Of a stretch of DNA of 64,000 bases, positions 1-14,105 are shown piece after piece. A program made the position numbers and the translations under genes. The notes beneath the pieces were generated by a model. That model made no database searches, was not told where the DNA came from, and worked only from the letters and a program-made list of their open reading frames with translations. Location: positions 20,570,795-20,634,794 of the forward strand of contig NC_092670.1 in the NCBI RefSeq assembly GCF_964355755.1. The letters run 5' to 3'. Numbering within the stretch: position 1 is the first letter of the stretch; every line of letters starts with the position of its first letter. The stretch comes from Antedon mediterranea (Eukaryota > Animalia > Echinodermata).

Positions 1-730
1 TTGGTTAGGAAAACCTGATTAAGTTATAGTAGTACAGTACTGTTACTGAGACAGTATCTTGTTCCGTTGGTACAGTATATCCCAGAGAAGTTTGTAGGGA
101 AAGATATCATTCCTCAACTGCTCAGATTGGTTAGGAAAACCTGATTAAGTTATAGTAGTACAGTACTGTTACTGAGACAGTATCTTGTTCCGTTGGTACA
201 GTATATCCCAGAGAAGTTTGTAGGGAAAGATATCATTCCTCAACTGCTCAGATTGGTTAGGAAAACCTGATTAAGTTATAGTAGTACAGTACTGTTACTG
301 AGACAGTTTCTTGTTCCGTTGGTACAGTATATCCCAGAGAAGTTTGTAGGGAAAGATATCATTCCTCAACTGCTCAGATTGGTTAGGAAAACCTGATTAA
401 GTTATAGTAGTACAGTACTGTTACTGAGACAGTTTCTTGTTCCGTTGGTACAGTATATCCCAGAGAAGTTTGTAGGGAAAGATATCATTCCTCAACTGCT
501 CAGATTTGGTTAGGAAAACCTGATTAAGTTATTATGTAGTACAGTACTGTTACTGAGACAGTATCTTGTTCCGTTGGTACAGTATATCCCAGAGAAGTTT
601 GTAGGGAAAGATGTCATTCCTCAACTGCTCAGATTGGTTAGGAAAACCTGACTAAGTTATAGTAGTACAAATGTTTAATATCTCATTCCATTGGTACAGT
701 ATGTATCTATCCCAGAGAACTTTGTAGGAA
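1..730. repeat. 126-bp tandem satellite, about 5.5 copies, truncated by window start
   Basis: Unit ttggttaggaaaacctgattaag...cctcaactgctcaga restarts at 1, 127, 253, 379, ~506, ~634; last copy degenerates. Confidence 0.95.
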
Positions 731-2355
731 AACAACAAACGCTATCAATTTCATCTCTTGGCTGGTCAGATTGTGTTTAAATTAAGTTAGTATCGTGATC
801 TTTGTCCCTAGATACATCTATCCCTTAGGAAGATATTAGGGAAAGGATGATAATGTAAAGGAATTGATATTGCCAACAGGTGAATAGCTTAATAGGATAT
901 CTTACAAAATATCTGTAGATTTTTGTTGTACGTAAGGAATAACAAAAATATATTGACTAACCAAATAAATAGAATATCCATGGTGTGTTTTAATACATTG
1001 GCCAGGGTTGTATAGTCAGTTATTACTACACTTTATTTTTATTCTGCTGATTTCATAACTGCACAAAACAATACTTGCGTGTAGTATACTTTCATCATGT
1101 CACGAAAACTTTATTTTTTCAATTCAAACAATCCTTGCCTTAGTACTTATTTGTAGGCCTCATCTACAGCTTTTATAACATATAAATCTAGATCTAAAAG
1201 TTAAAAGCATCTTACAATCATTTTACACTGTCAAATTTGATGTATTTTAAAAGGCTTATCTATCCTTAAAGTTTGATTAAACTTGCACTGACAATAAATA
1301 ATAAAAGCCATATTGATCCAGCGCAAGATTTGATAGATTCGGACAGTTGTTAGCAACTGATTGTAACTAGCTATGTAAAGAATGGAACTCACTTAAGTAC
1401 TTACATTTTTCAAACTGTTGAGTAAATATCTGCAAACCTAAATCTTCGAAAAGTAGTAAATGTTTATATTTTAATTTTGTAGCTTTTTTTCTTACATTGA
1501 TTAATGGATGTACTAATATATACAAAATCTTTGGTTTAAAATGTTTAGTTTATTTAAATTCACTGTGTAGAATGGTTTAGTTACTGTCCATATAGCTGCG
1601 TTAATAAAACCGATTTAAGGCGATGTGAACCATATTGGTTGCAAGTGCTTATATAATCTGGGAATTTTTTTATTATACCTTTGTCGTTAACTTTGATATA
1701 CTGATAAATCTGATATACCTCTGATAGGTTTCAGGTACAGTACATTCAATGTTACGTTATATTGCACGTACGCAGAACAAGTTAAACCACTTGATGAATT
1801 TCAATATATTTAACGCTGATAAAGAAAAGAGAATGTTTATTAATATTAGCATAGCTTATGATTCATTATCAAGTCCTTGGGGAGTAAAACAAATGTTTAA
1901 TGTACGATTTTAAAAAGTTTTCTTTATAGTAAGTAACCTTGATTTTATCATGGATTATAATCAAAAGTGTGATACCATCAGGTAATTTAAAACTAAATAC
2001 AAACATTTGAAGAAATTAACTGAAATGTATCAGATTTGTATAGTTTTATAGCCTTGAATGGCAACAACTTTTCTTTTTCAATTTAGAAATTCACTATTCA
2101 CAGAGTTGCTAATAATATTTAACATTGTGTACAGGCTCTATTGAAACACTCAACAGATAATATTAAGTGCTAAATGGAAGTGCGAGGTCAGCAGAGGCTA
2201 GTAACCAATTTTTCTAAATTTGTGCTTTCAAAATAATAAAACATTACCCAAAATGCAATGTGCTCAGTTGGTTAATCATCCAAGATGCTACAGTAGTTGA
2301 CTCAATGTCAAAATAGGGCGCTATAACACGCATACTTGCATTTTCTAGGTTGTAT

Positions 2356-2748
2356 CAAAGAATATAAATAGGTAAAGAATCACCAGTACACGTTGTTAAT
2401 AATACATAGAAGGATAGGAAACGCAGACGTTTATTCATGGACGTGTAAGAATTCAGCAGCTGAACGACGGCGGGCTCTAGATATGGTTCCCGTCTGGATG
2501 AATCGTGATGATCTGATGTGTTCTCGCATCTGTGCTCTACTAATTTTGATATTAATATTTTGATAATCATTTTGATAAATAATCATCATTGCATTTTTAT
2601 AGATATTTACAATAAAAGTTTTATGTGAAGGTGACGCACTTTTTCTTGCGAAACAAAGTGCGCCACCTTCAGGCGTAGGCAAATAGTAACCCGGATGTGG
2701 TTTACACCGCCAATGGAACTGTTGTATCTTCTCCTTTTATTATCTTTG
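2356..2748. mobile_element. Non-autonomous TIR element with CAAAG...CTTTG ends and 7-bp TSD (P-superfamily-like)
   Basis: GTTGTAT at 2349-2355 and 2749-2755; imperfect TIRs caaagaatataaataggtaaagaa / ttctccttttattatctttg; CpG-rich interior. Confidence 0.65.
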
Positions 2749-5700
2749 GTTGTATATTTTTTATAAACAATACTCTTAAACCGCCCTATGGATTAAAATG
2801 ATGCTTTACAAACATACACAGATCCTTTTTCATTATCTGCCACAACTACTATACACTTTAGATCTGAACATTGCTGTTATATTGACATCCCTGCTAATAG
2901 ATTAATATCAAAACCAACATTTCATTTTTAGAGTTGTCATTGATGATAATATTAATTACATAATTTAAAAAAAAAATATGTTGCATGCTATTTGATTCAT
3001 AGTGCAATTAAAGAAGCGGAGGATACGCAATGCTGATTAATTGTACAATATTCAATATCCTGTTACTTCTGATGATACTATAATCATATGAATACCTAAT
3101 ATTCAATTATTATGTACCATAATTATAATTGCACACTGTACTAAAGTTATCAAGCATTATATCCGTCCCTAGTGCATACTCAAATAAGCTTTCCTTGGAA
3201 TGGTAATTTTATTTCTGTCCAGAGTATTCAGTGAATAAATGTACAATTTTTACCTAGCTTTGCCTGGATATATTCTGTCCTTGAGAATTGTAGAAATTAC
3301 TGTAGTATGCACGTTTGGATACATCAGAATATTTTAAGACGATGTTTCAGATCAGACAATGTTATTGTTATGTTCTTGGTATATTTTATTTTTATACAGT
3401 ATGTGACATATTCATACTGCTTGGATGCTAAAACATTTCAAATCCTATATAGGTATTTTGTTTTCCTTTAAAAAAAATTAAAACACCTTAATTTTTATTA
3501 ATAATAATAATAGTAATAAAGAATTGTCACATCTAGTTTAGTGACAATTTTCTATTGAATAAGTTTTAAAAATGTAAGATTTTCTATCCTTGATTGAACA
3601 TCATTTTATCAAACATACTTTTGTTCATTTTATATTATAATTACTAATAATTTGAAGAATTGTCACATCTAGTTAGGGAAAATTTGCCAGTGAAATAGTT
3701 TTAACAATGTAACATTGTTTCTAAGTATTAAGATTTTCCATCAGTGAATAACACAATTTTATCAAACATACTTAGTAATCTTTGTTTAAATAATTAAGTC
3801 AATAATTTCGTTTCAGTTTGCAAAGAAGTGGATATTTTTCATTATATCTTGGATAAAAATAACTGGTTTTTAAAGTATTTCATAACTCTCTTAATAACAA
3901 AAAGAGTAATACATTTTTTTAAAGTAATTATAATTAATTGAGGCTTTTACAGTTAACTACCTCAAAGTCCCATTGGAGGAAATCTGATAATTAAAATTAA
4001 TTTGCATGATTTGTACATGATGTGGAAGTTACATTATTGTATAAGTGGGCTACTTCTGTACTCAGCAGCAATACATTAATTATATTTGCTACATATATGA
4101 TTGATATTATTCGTTTTGAATTTGTCATACCACGATACTTGACAATTTATTAAATTATTTGACAAATATCGGAAGAGAACTTGATTCCAATCCAATCTTT
4201 TGACAAATTAAACAATTTATTAGATAACTTCCTTGAATTATATTTTGTTTTATAATTTATAGCGAAAAGGTTTCTATCTTTTTTCTAACATTTTTATTAG
4301 GACGTTGAATTGAACATTACCACTTCAATTAAATGATACTGTATATTGATAATCTCTCTAGTCTCCATTCTCCAGTCAATAACAAACCCCTGCTAGCCTT
4401 CTTGGCTCCAGACAGCCACCTGCATATTATAATATCCTTAGTTGACCTCTCAGTGAACCGTACTTCTGACATAATTCTAAGAATGTCCTATTTAAATGTT
4501 TTAAAGTAGTTAGATGGCTTGACCTGTGTTAACTGCAAATCCAATTTTATGTTTTTCCATTAGTAAAGTAGACTTGTTGACAGGTCTGTTCAAGCTTGTT
4601 TCTGTCGATTTTTTTCCACAGTTTACAGCAATCTGTATTTTATTTATTAGCCGCTCGCGATTTTCATTGATATCACTTGTATGAGAGCTTCCTGAGTAGC
4701 AAATGAATCTGGGTTATATTAATTTTGATGGTTTTTTTTATACATTAACAACTTAAATCATTTAATGAAAGTAGTGCGGTAGGCTACAGTAGGGTCACCC
4801 AGTCTACATTTGTTCCACCCAGTCTAAAATGTATTATAGTATTTTTTTGTTATATTCCTGGCTGAATTCTACATACTGTAGAAGAAAACCACTTTCTAAC
4901 TTCCTAGTAATGGATAAAGATTTTACCAACCTTGAGTTTTGTTGGCACACACTCCAAGATGAATTTCGAACTACTGTACATCAATGTCTAACTAAAAAAT
5001 AAAATTATATTTCTGTCCTAAATCTTTGCCAGAAGCGATTATGTTGTTGACATTATTCTATATCTCAATCATCATGTCAATGCTATTACGCAGCAAAAAA
5101 CAAAGCATTTATCATCATATTTTCATAATTGTAGAATAAGTTCAAATTTGTTGATTATCCATTGAATGAATCCATCGTTACATGATGTCTGTAGAGTCTT
5201 TAGATTGTGTCAACTCATGCACCTATTTCTGCTTTATTTTCTTTGCTGTAGTATAAGTGGTTTTTGTTGTTACTCAATAAACTATATCAAAAGGTCCATA
5301 GCCAGGGATAGGGGATATAATGTTGAAATAAATAAAAATAAATCAATGGTTTAGGCTTGTGTTGATCAATTGGTTCCAATAATTGAGCTATAAAAAAAAT
5401 ATCTTTATTTTGTTCATTTTCTATATTTATATTGGATGTCACAAACAAAAATTCACCAAAATACAGGTACAGAATTATCTAGATTCTTTATTATAACTAC
5501 AAAATAAATTGAATTAATTACTGTACCTAAGTCAGATCCCAATTTTTTTTTTTATATATATTATAGAATTGAAAAAATCTATTTATTAGAATAGAATTTT
5601 AAATTTTACCGGAATAAATGAATTATTATATTAATTATAATTGAAAAATATCTATTTATTAGAATAGAATTTTAAATTTTACCGGCGTGAATGAATTACT

Positions 5701-6262
5701 AATGTTAATAATAATTTTTTTAAATAATTAAAATATAATTTAAAAAGTTTCATTATTAAAACAACACTTTTTTACAGTATCATTGGTCATAGTATTGCGA
5801 TATGATTCACAAAGCAAATGCTTGCACTGTTGCTGGAGATCTAAAGATAAGAAACAACATAGATAAGAATCCACTCATATCCAGGTCACACTAACCAACA
5901 GGGAGACAACGTTGCACGCAATGAATAGTCCAGACCAAGTCCCTAACGTTTATTAGGATGTGGCGCTTGCTTAGATACGCTGTGTCGTGCATACTCGCAA
6001 ATTGCCATTTCCTACGGCAGACGACTTATCACAATCAGTTTTTGTGATGGAATGCAAGAATAGAGTACGGTATGTTTGTTTTCCAACGGAAACTTCACTC
6101 AGGTGATGTGGAATTCATCAATTATTGTGACGGACGCCTATAAGGTTTTCTTTCATTTTCTAAATGTCTAGAACAATCTAATCAAAGCAAAAAATTTATG
6201 TCAGAACAGACCAACTTTAAGATAACATTCTTAAACCTTCCTTAATGCTAAGATTTTAAACC

Positions 6263-6374
6263 ACCTCATCATTCATTACCCCTAAACATACATATGCTCT
6301 TCTAGCCCCATACAACCTCCATCTATCCTTCAATGCCACCCTAAATATTATGGCTCTGGCCTATACAACCGCCA
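6263..6374. repeat. ~58-bp minisatellite, left part (interrupted by a transposon)
   Basis: ccaccctaaatattatggc..ctagccccatacaaccgccatccatccttcaatg units; array resumes at 7926. Confidence 0.8.
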
Positions 6375-7925
6375 GCAATTTTTTTTTTCGTACGAGAGTT
6401 CCTCCATCGGTTTGTTTCGGACTCAATCGACTCTCTTCGGTATTCGGTAAAGTCAGCTCACTGATGCGTGACAACATAATACAATTTACATTTACAAACC
6501 GCGAGCTAATACTTTCACACAGGCTCTCATAATAGTAAAATGAATCTACACTAATACGAGTTTTGATGACATTAATTAATAAATACTAGGCCTACTTAGT
6601 AATTACATTAAGAACCCAATAGCATATTGAAGATATTTTTGTCACGAACGAGAGGCTCTTTTCTTATCGTTTATGGTATTGTAGCTAGCCCATGGCTAGC
6701 CTAGCCAAGCTTGTGTAAGCCTATGCAAGGTATTACTTTTGTACAGTAGGAATTCCTATGCACAGTGTATGTTTTTTATACCTTTTAAAATAATATTATT
6801 AAATTAATATTTATATTGTAAGGTAATGGAAATTTTACGTTAAAGGTGTACGTATTAATTATCCCCAATCTTGAAAAATAAAGATTTCAGACTTTTAATA
6901 TAGGCAATTTTGGAGTTTTAATTAAGTTATAGGCCTACAACTAATATTATTGTTTATTATGTGTATATGTAATTTGGAAAATCATAAAAAATACATGCAA
7001 AGTAAAAAACATTCAATTACGGTACTGACACGACTGCAATAGTACAAATACATTTAATAATAACACATTTTCCAGGAAGCTTATAATTATATGTGATACT
7101 ATCATCTTGTCATGAAGATCGGTTTTCTGTATTCCATATTCTTGATTTTATTTTTTTTTATTATGGTTTCTGAAATAAATTTTTAAAAAAAATTGTTCAT
7201 TTTAATTCAAAATTTCCACCGGCCAAGATATCAATAATGATTAAATTAACACAATATTAAACGCTTTATAAGCAAGCATGTGTTTCTATACATTACAACT
7301 TACATGTTACTAATAGGCCTAGTAGTACCGTACTAGTAGTATATGTATACAATTTTTCAAATGTTACACTTAAAAACCTGAAGAAAATTGTAATTTTCTT
7401 GATAAAAAACATCTGTTAGTGTTACTTCTGTAAATATAATTTCTAACCTACTACTTCATTTTATTAAAATAAAAAATAGTACTGTAGATGGAAATGTACT
7501 ACATTGAAGCACACGTACGTAGGGCTAGGCTAGCTAGGCCTTGCTTGTGACGACCAACAAAGTGCTGCTGCTGTGTGTGTGTTACTGTTTGTGAATCTGA
7601 TGGTACATACATTGGTTTGTGGCTGCCTATACAGTATTATATTATTAAAATTCTAGGCCTATTATTATTATTACAATGACGTTCAGTACTACTATTAATA
7701 TTTATTATTATATTTTACAGTGAGTATAGTATTAGGCCTCTAGTATGTATAAGCAAAGATAGTGTAGTAGGTCTTTGGTATAAATCTGTCACTCGTGCAA
7801 AAAAGCTGCTCACGTTTTGTCTTGCGGTTGCTGTCACGCATCAGTGAGCATCGGTGGCTTACCGAAGAGTCGATTGAGTCCGAAACGAACCGATGGAGGA
7901 ACTCTCGTACGGAAAAAAAAATCGC
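6375..7925. mobile_element. 1.55-kb non-autonomous DNA transposon, ~95-bp TIRs, 9-bp TSD (Mutator/MULE-like)
   Basis: TSD CAACCGCCA at 6366-6374 and 7926-7934; left gcaatttttttttcgtacgagagttcctccatcggttt..ctcactgatgcgtgaca mirrors right tgtcacgcatcagtgag..ccgatggaggaactctcgtacggaaaaaaaaatcgc; no transposase ORF. Confidence 0.9.
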
Positions 7926-8125
7926 CAACCGCCATCCATTCTCCAATACCACCCTAAATATTGACCATGCTCTAGCCCCATAAAACAGCCATCCATCCTT
8001 TAATGCCACTCTACAGTAAATATTATGGCCATGCTCTAGCCCCATATAACTGCCACTCATCCTTCAATGCCACCCTAAATATTATGGCCTTGATCTAGCC
8101 CAATACAACCGCCATCCATCTTTCA
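7926..8125. repeat. ~58-bp minisatellite, right part
   Basis: About 3 further units matching 6263-6374. Confidence 0.85.
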
Positions 8126-9578
8126 TCATGCTAATAATAAGCCTGCCGCAAGTATATTTGAAGGAAGAAACATAGTCTATAACTTCATTTATGCTTGATT
8201 GACTATGCTATATTAATATGAGCCAGGTCAATGACCACGTCTGTGTAATTAATAGTTTCCTAGCTGTTCTAACAAGTTGTTACAACTTCTAAATGTATAC
8301 CGGCATTATGGTCTTGATCTCTTTCTTGGCCATGGCCTTTTCACCTCTGGTAGCGACACCCAAAATTACCGGTTGTTCTTCTGGAGGAAGCTCTCCATCC
8401 CAGGGACTACTGTCATGGAGAGATCAATGTGAATTCTGCTTTATCACAAATATAGAAATGTTATCAAATCATTGTGGCACAGTAGGTAGTTTAATAATGT
8501 TTACAAATTGCAGTTTTAATTTCACCAACAACACCAGAAATGTTACTGTTTTGTTGAATTAGTTTCACTGTTTGCAACAGAGTTTTTTGTAGAGAATGTC
8601 ATGCTCTTTCTGCATTTTCCTACACTGGAAAGATACTGTAGCCCAATGTGCTCATTACACAGATTGAATAAATCTTCCATTATTTCTCTGTTTTATTTAA
8701 AGCTCTATATAAATACAGACAATGTTAGTTATACATCAGTGTCGGTATCTGGTATACTATAGGTTGATTGTAATTTCTGATAAATAGTAAACATTTCCTT
8801 GGGGAATAGAAGGGGAGGTATGTAGGATATTAACCAACTCCGATATGGAAGCTGAATTTATTAAGTAAAACCTAGATGACTATCATCACCTATGCCCCCA
8901 GTATCTGCATTGTATCTGACCAGTTCTCATTATCCCTCTTGGCTTGCCTGCCTGTACACATTTACAACCATGTCACTCGAAGCACAGGAAGTGCATCAGA
9001 GCGTTAATCTCTCCTACGGTCGTTTGACTCATCTCTGTGCTTTGTAATAAAATAATATGCACGATTGTGATGCCTGGCGGTCAGGTACATTCCCCTTCTT
9101 AATCACCTGTACGTGGGGGCTAACATCTAGGGAGCTGTGATCTTTCCCATGGGGGGTCAATGTGTCATTCTGGATAATTTGAGCAATGTGTTAAATGCAG
9201 AATTTTACATTGTGTTAATTTGATTTGGTAATATTTTTTTGTGTGTGAGATGATTGACGTTGTGTGTGTTGGAAGCGTTTATGTTCTTCCTTTTTAACTT
9301 AACCTCTATCTGTTCACACTAGAGTAACAAATAGATGCATTTATAACACTAATTTCTTATTTTAACCTGTGTTCACATGACACAATTTATTGCAAGTTAA
9401 TAAACAGCACATGTTTCTGTATGTTCTTCCTTTTTAACTTAACCTCTCTCTGTTCACACTAGAGTATTAAACAAATTTATGAATTTGATGAACAAAGCAT
9501 GTTAAAGTACTGAACATCTCTTCACTGATAACGCCATAAGATAACTGAAAGAGGAACTTGAACCATTGGCTCAATAAA

Positions 9579-9725
9579 AGCTCTGTCTATACTATCAAAC
9601 TTCATGTGCCCATATATAGACATAATGTTGTCATATCACTACCATATTTAGGCATATCGCCACCATATTTAGGCACATCACACGTTTTTAGTCAAACTAA
9701 TTTGATAGTGTACTGTATACAGAGC
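9579..9725. mobile_element. MITE family A (AGCTCTGTCTACACTATCAAAC TIR, PIF/Harbinger-like)
   Basis: TIRs agctctgtctatactatcaaac / tttgatagtg..acagagc; internal catatcactaccatattt repeats. Confidence 0.8.
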
Positions 9726-12700
9726 ATAACAACAATCCAGAGAATAATTTAGATAGTTATTAATTACATTTTGGCCATGGAGTAGTAATAAATTGTAAAA
9801 AGTAGTAAATTAATAACTTTTATCCTTGTATTGACATTAATTTTCAGTAAGAACGAGGAAAATTTACTGAAATACAACCTTTAAATAACCTTTTGGATAA
9901 AAGGAAATTATTATCATTGCTTCTGGAATCATCATAATTTATTAAGTATTATGGGAATATATGCTCGTAAATCTTAATAATACCTTCTGTATATTTCCGG
10001 ACTTCAAAACTATAATCTGTCGTTAAAAGCTGTGGATACAAAAATGTGCATATTTTTTTAGAAACCTCTGACAATAATATGTAAAGGAAATAAGAATAGT
10101 TTCATGTGGGACAAACAAATTAAAATATATAGGAAAAATTAAATGTTTGGATTTTCAGCTTGATTAACTTTTAATTACAACATTTAATATTATTGCCAAT
10201 TGTTGATTATCTTGATTGGACTGTAAATATGCCTAATCTTTTTGATTAAGATTATTATTTTTTTTAATTTATATATATATTTAAGATATATTGTCCCCCT
10301 AAAAAAATAATTAAAACATTTAAACATTTCTAAATTGTCTGTCAAACAATGTTTTTTTGGTTAAAATTAACCGTTTCTTTATTAATCTTTATTTTTCATG
10401 TTTTTAACATGTCTTTAAAATAATAATGTTTACAGATTTTTATGCGATGAACAATTTGTAGTTCCGACAACATGAATTATTTCGTTTTGACAGTAAAGAC
10501 CTTGCCTAAAAGCAATCAATCATAATTGTATGATAGGAATAATAATTTAAACATGTTTATTTTAAATATTTTCATCTTGTCAGATCATATACTAAATCTT
10601 GATTGATAGAATAGCAGAGTTTTAGTTTGTCTGTTAAAACTGGGATTTTGCCAAAACTTAATTTGTGATAATGCTTTTTGGTTTTTATTCAAGGAAATGG
10701 ATAAAAAATGATTTATTTTATTAGAAATGTGTGAATCTTTGGCTTATCCAATTGTTTTATTGGTTCTTGAAGATAATTTGATTTTATCTTGTCTGGAAGC
10801 ATTTAAAAAAACATAATACAGCTAACTAAATTTCTCAGTTTTCTATTTTTCTCAATAAATTGAAAATGTGGAGAACTTGACAATTTTGGTTTGAATATAA
10901 TATTCTAAAACTAGTAACTGTTATTGTAGAATGAATGAACTTTGCAACTTTATTTGGGGACAAAATTATGAAACAAGTAATTATATTATATTAAATATTC
11001 AACTACTTACAATAAAGATATAGAAATGAAACCTAAATCATTGTTGGTTTAAATTGATTGTATATTAAATGTTAAATTTATTTTAGAATCTGTTGACATC
11101 TGGAGCAATTATTCAAAAGATGAATATAGAAGAATTTAAACCATTTTTTTTTTAAATCTAAAAATGTTACAAACAGGAAATGACCGTGTCAGTAAGTTGA
11201 TGTTGTCTTCTTTATGGATAATACCACTCAAAAGTAGATCCTCTACTGGGACACCACTAGGACTTTCATTTTCCCCAAGATATTCAATCTAGTCAGTATT
11301 TAATACAAACAGTATGTTTTGGCTGATGATAGATTGTTATATTATAATATATGGCAGCTAAAATTGGGTAATGTTGTTTTGATGGTTTTTATTTTTTTCA
11401 GATAAAGAAAAATGTTAACGAGTTCCTCCTGCATTATAGATTTCGGAAGTGTATAGTACCTTGTGACGTTAGAATTTTGTGAATAACATTAGATAAAATA
11501 TGTTAGTTGTATCTCTTGTTAGTTAGATGTACAGAAACAAGAATACTTTGATGATGTTTATTGGAAAACAATTTGGAAATTTCTGTATTTTGGTTGTTTC
11601 TTGGATCAAGTTATTTAAAAGGAATCTGGTTACTGTAGGCTAAAGAGTATATTAATTAGTAACATTGCTAATTTAAGTAAAATAACCACTCGAATTGAGA
11701 TTTCATGTCATACTGTAGTGGGTTGTTCCATCACTATGTAAAATTAGTGGAGTCTTGACATTAAGTAGTTCTTAAAAAAAATTATATAGACAGCAATATA
11801 TTCTTATTATAATTATGTCTAAAAAATAAATGCAATATTAATTGACTTATAGTCTATTAATCTTATCTATACTGTCTGAAAGAGTGCATATTAATGAATG
11901 TGATATATTAATCAATTTAGTTATATTAATATTGATAGCTGATTAGTTTGTTAGATTAAAATGAATGTGTTATGGGCTTTTTTTGTTCGAAACATTTGTT
12001 AATTTTGTGATTTATTGCTTTTTTGACTTAAATAAAATGTGTTTCATATAGAAATGTGCAAGAAATTCAAAAATGTTAAAATGATAAATTTGCTAGTTTA
12101 ATACTTATTGCCAGTATCAATTTAAAATGTATCTCATTCTAACACAGGTACCAGCCTACAGTATTGGTTATGATATTGTTACCGTCTTGATTTTGTTTTG
12201 CCTTACGACGGATAGATGTACCATAACTGACACAACGAGCTTGATCTTGATTTTACCGTTAAATTTTCTGAAGCTACCGTATTACACTATATGATACATT
12301 TAATATTGCAATTTATACTCACATTTTTGGATATCATTCCATAATTATGAATTTGATTTTACTGTGGGTACTGTATTACAAACTGTTGAGTGTTATTTTG
12401 ACTCAAAACTGAGCTTTTAATGTTCTGCAGTGTCCATGTCAATAAAAGGTTAAATAGCGAAAGGTCGAACCAAGTCTTATAAACCAGGCACTTTAACCAA
12501 TCGACCACTAATCCACCTGTTATGTGATTTCCTTCCTGAATTATGTATTTCACTAGGATAGTCATCTTTCTCCCCATAGGCTGCCGCCTATGGTAATGTG
12601 TTCCGCTGATGATAGAGTGACCCTTATTTTGTCAATTTATATCATGTGATGTATTTGTTGTTAATGTTAAAAATATCTCAATGGCAAAGTTTCAACTATC

Positions 12701-13508
12701 ATGTTTACTGAACATCATGGGTCCACACAAACATTTTTCTATTTGATTGACCATCAAACATTAGCTGTTTACTGTACACGCTCTTTTTTATTTATCAGAA
12801 TTCAGTGCGTCAGTCGATTCAATTGTTCTGCATTCAAACGTTTGTGATATTTGAACGTTATCAGATATCTGAAACATCAGAGGTACATCATAGTTATATT
12901 GGAATTTATGACACAGAGAGAATTAAAGCAATTGCGCCGGGTGTACTGTAACTTTGATATCATTAAAATCTGCTTGAATCTATTCTATGCCAGCTTAACT
13001 CTAGTATGTGTACACATCTTGACTTTTCCTTGTTGGCCTAATAACTGTTGTAATGTTAAGATTATTAATTATTAATCTGTGATAAGGAAATTGTTATTTT
13101 GATGATTTTGATTTGAATTACTACAAACGATTTCATCAGTTGTTATTTTGTAATAGTGAAAGTATATTTATATTTATACTACTAGCCATTCAATACTATG
13201 TACTTGATCAGTCTGTATATTAGATGCGTCAAGGAAATTTACTATCATTTATATTTTATCCTCAGGGTTTACATTAAAAAATTACGTATTATGAAGAGGA
13301 GAAAGATATATTCTTCACCTTTTACTGACATTTTATCGGCACTTCCATGATCAACATGTGTTACACAGAAGATTAACTGTATATCCACTGTACTTTTTTT
13401 ATTTGTCTCATTTAAGATTCTAGATGAACGATTTAATTTTTAGAACTGTGGCAAATGCTTAGTTTATTATTTATTATTATGTCATTGTCGCATTATTTGT
13501 TCTTGCAG

Positions 13509-13600
13509 CATTTGAGATCCCTGACAAACATGCAGAGAAGTTGGTGACACCCAAAGACTTAGTAGAATACATTGCCGATAAGATGGAGGTTTGCGAATGA
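13509..13600 (+). CDS. NDUFAB1: Mitochondrial acyl carrier protein, last coding exon (upstream exons outside the window)
   Basis: ttgcag acceptor, then (A)FEIPDKHAEKLVTPKDLVEYIADKMEVCE*, matching the NDUFAB1 C-terminus GFEIPDxDAEKL..IADKKDVYE; donor ag/gtaagt after 13617. Confidence 0.9.
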
Positions 13601-13952
13601 TCTCCCATTCCATATAGGTAAGTCATGGCAAAGGTTGTGTAGTATCTTTTTGTACTCTGTACATTTTCTTAACCAGTATACATTATGTTGGTAAATAATT
13701 AAATATTGGACCCTTTTTTAAGGAGACTCTCAGATATTACAGTATCTAACATTCTAATTTGCATTTGGTTTTATTGTTGAGAGCAATTGAAAATCTTGCT
13801 CTATTTAGAAGAAAAGTAATTAGGTGAAAGGTATACAGTATAGGAATGATGATGTTCATGCAATACAAATATTATATTAAGTACATTGCATTCTCAGCTA
13901 AGTTGAAAATTAAAATATGAATAATTTGACAGTCAAAGGACGGCATGCCTAC

Positions 13953-14105
13953 AGCTCTATCTACATTATCAAACTAGTTTGACAAAAAAAAGTGTAATAT
14001 GCCCATATATGGACATGATGATGTCATATCATATTTAGGTATATCACTACCATATTGGAGACATCACACTTTTTTGTCAAACTATTTAATAGTGTAGACA
14101 GGGCT
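13953..14105. mobile_element. MITE family A copy
   Basis: agctctatctacattatcaaac...atagtgtagacagggct. Confidence 0.8.

Noticed and set aside
1-730. CRISPR-like regular array
   Set aside because: Units are near-identical end to end with no unique spacers; eukaryotic context and no cas genes
5858-6150. CATAG-starting CpG-rich segment as a P-like element
   Set aside because: No matching right end or TSD found
7740-8060. ORFs overlapping the MULE-like TIR
   Set aside because: No transposase motifs; they span TIR and minisatellite
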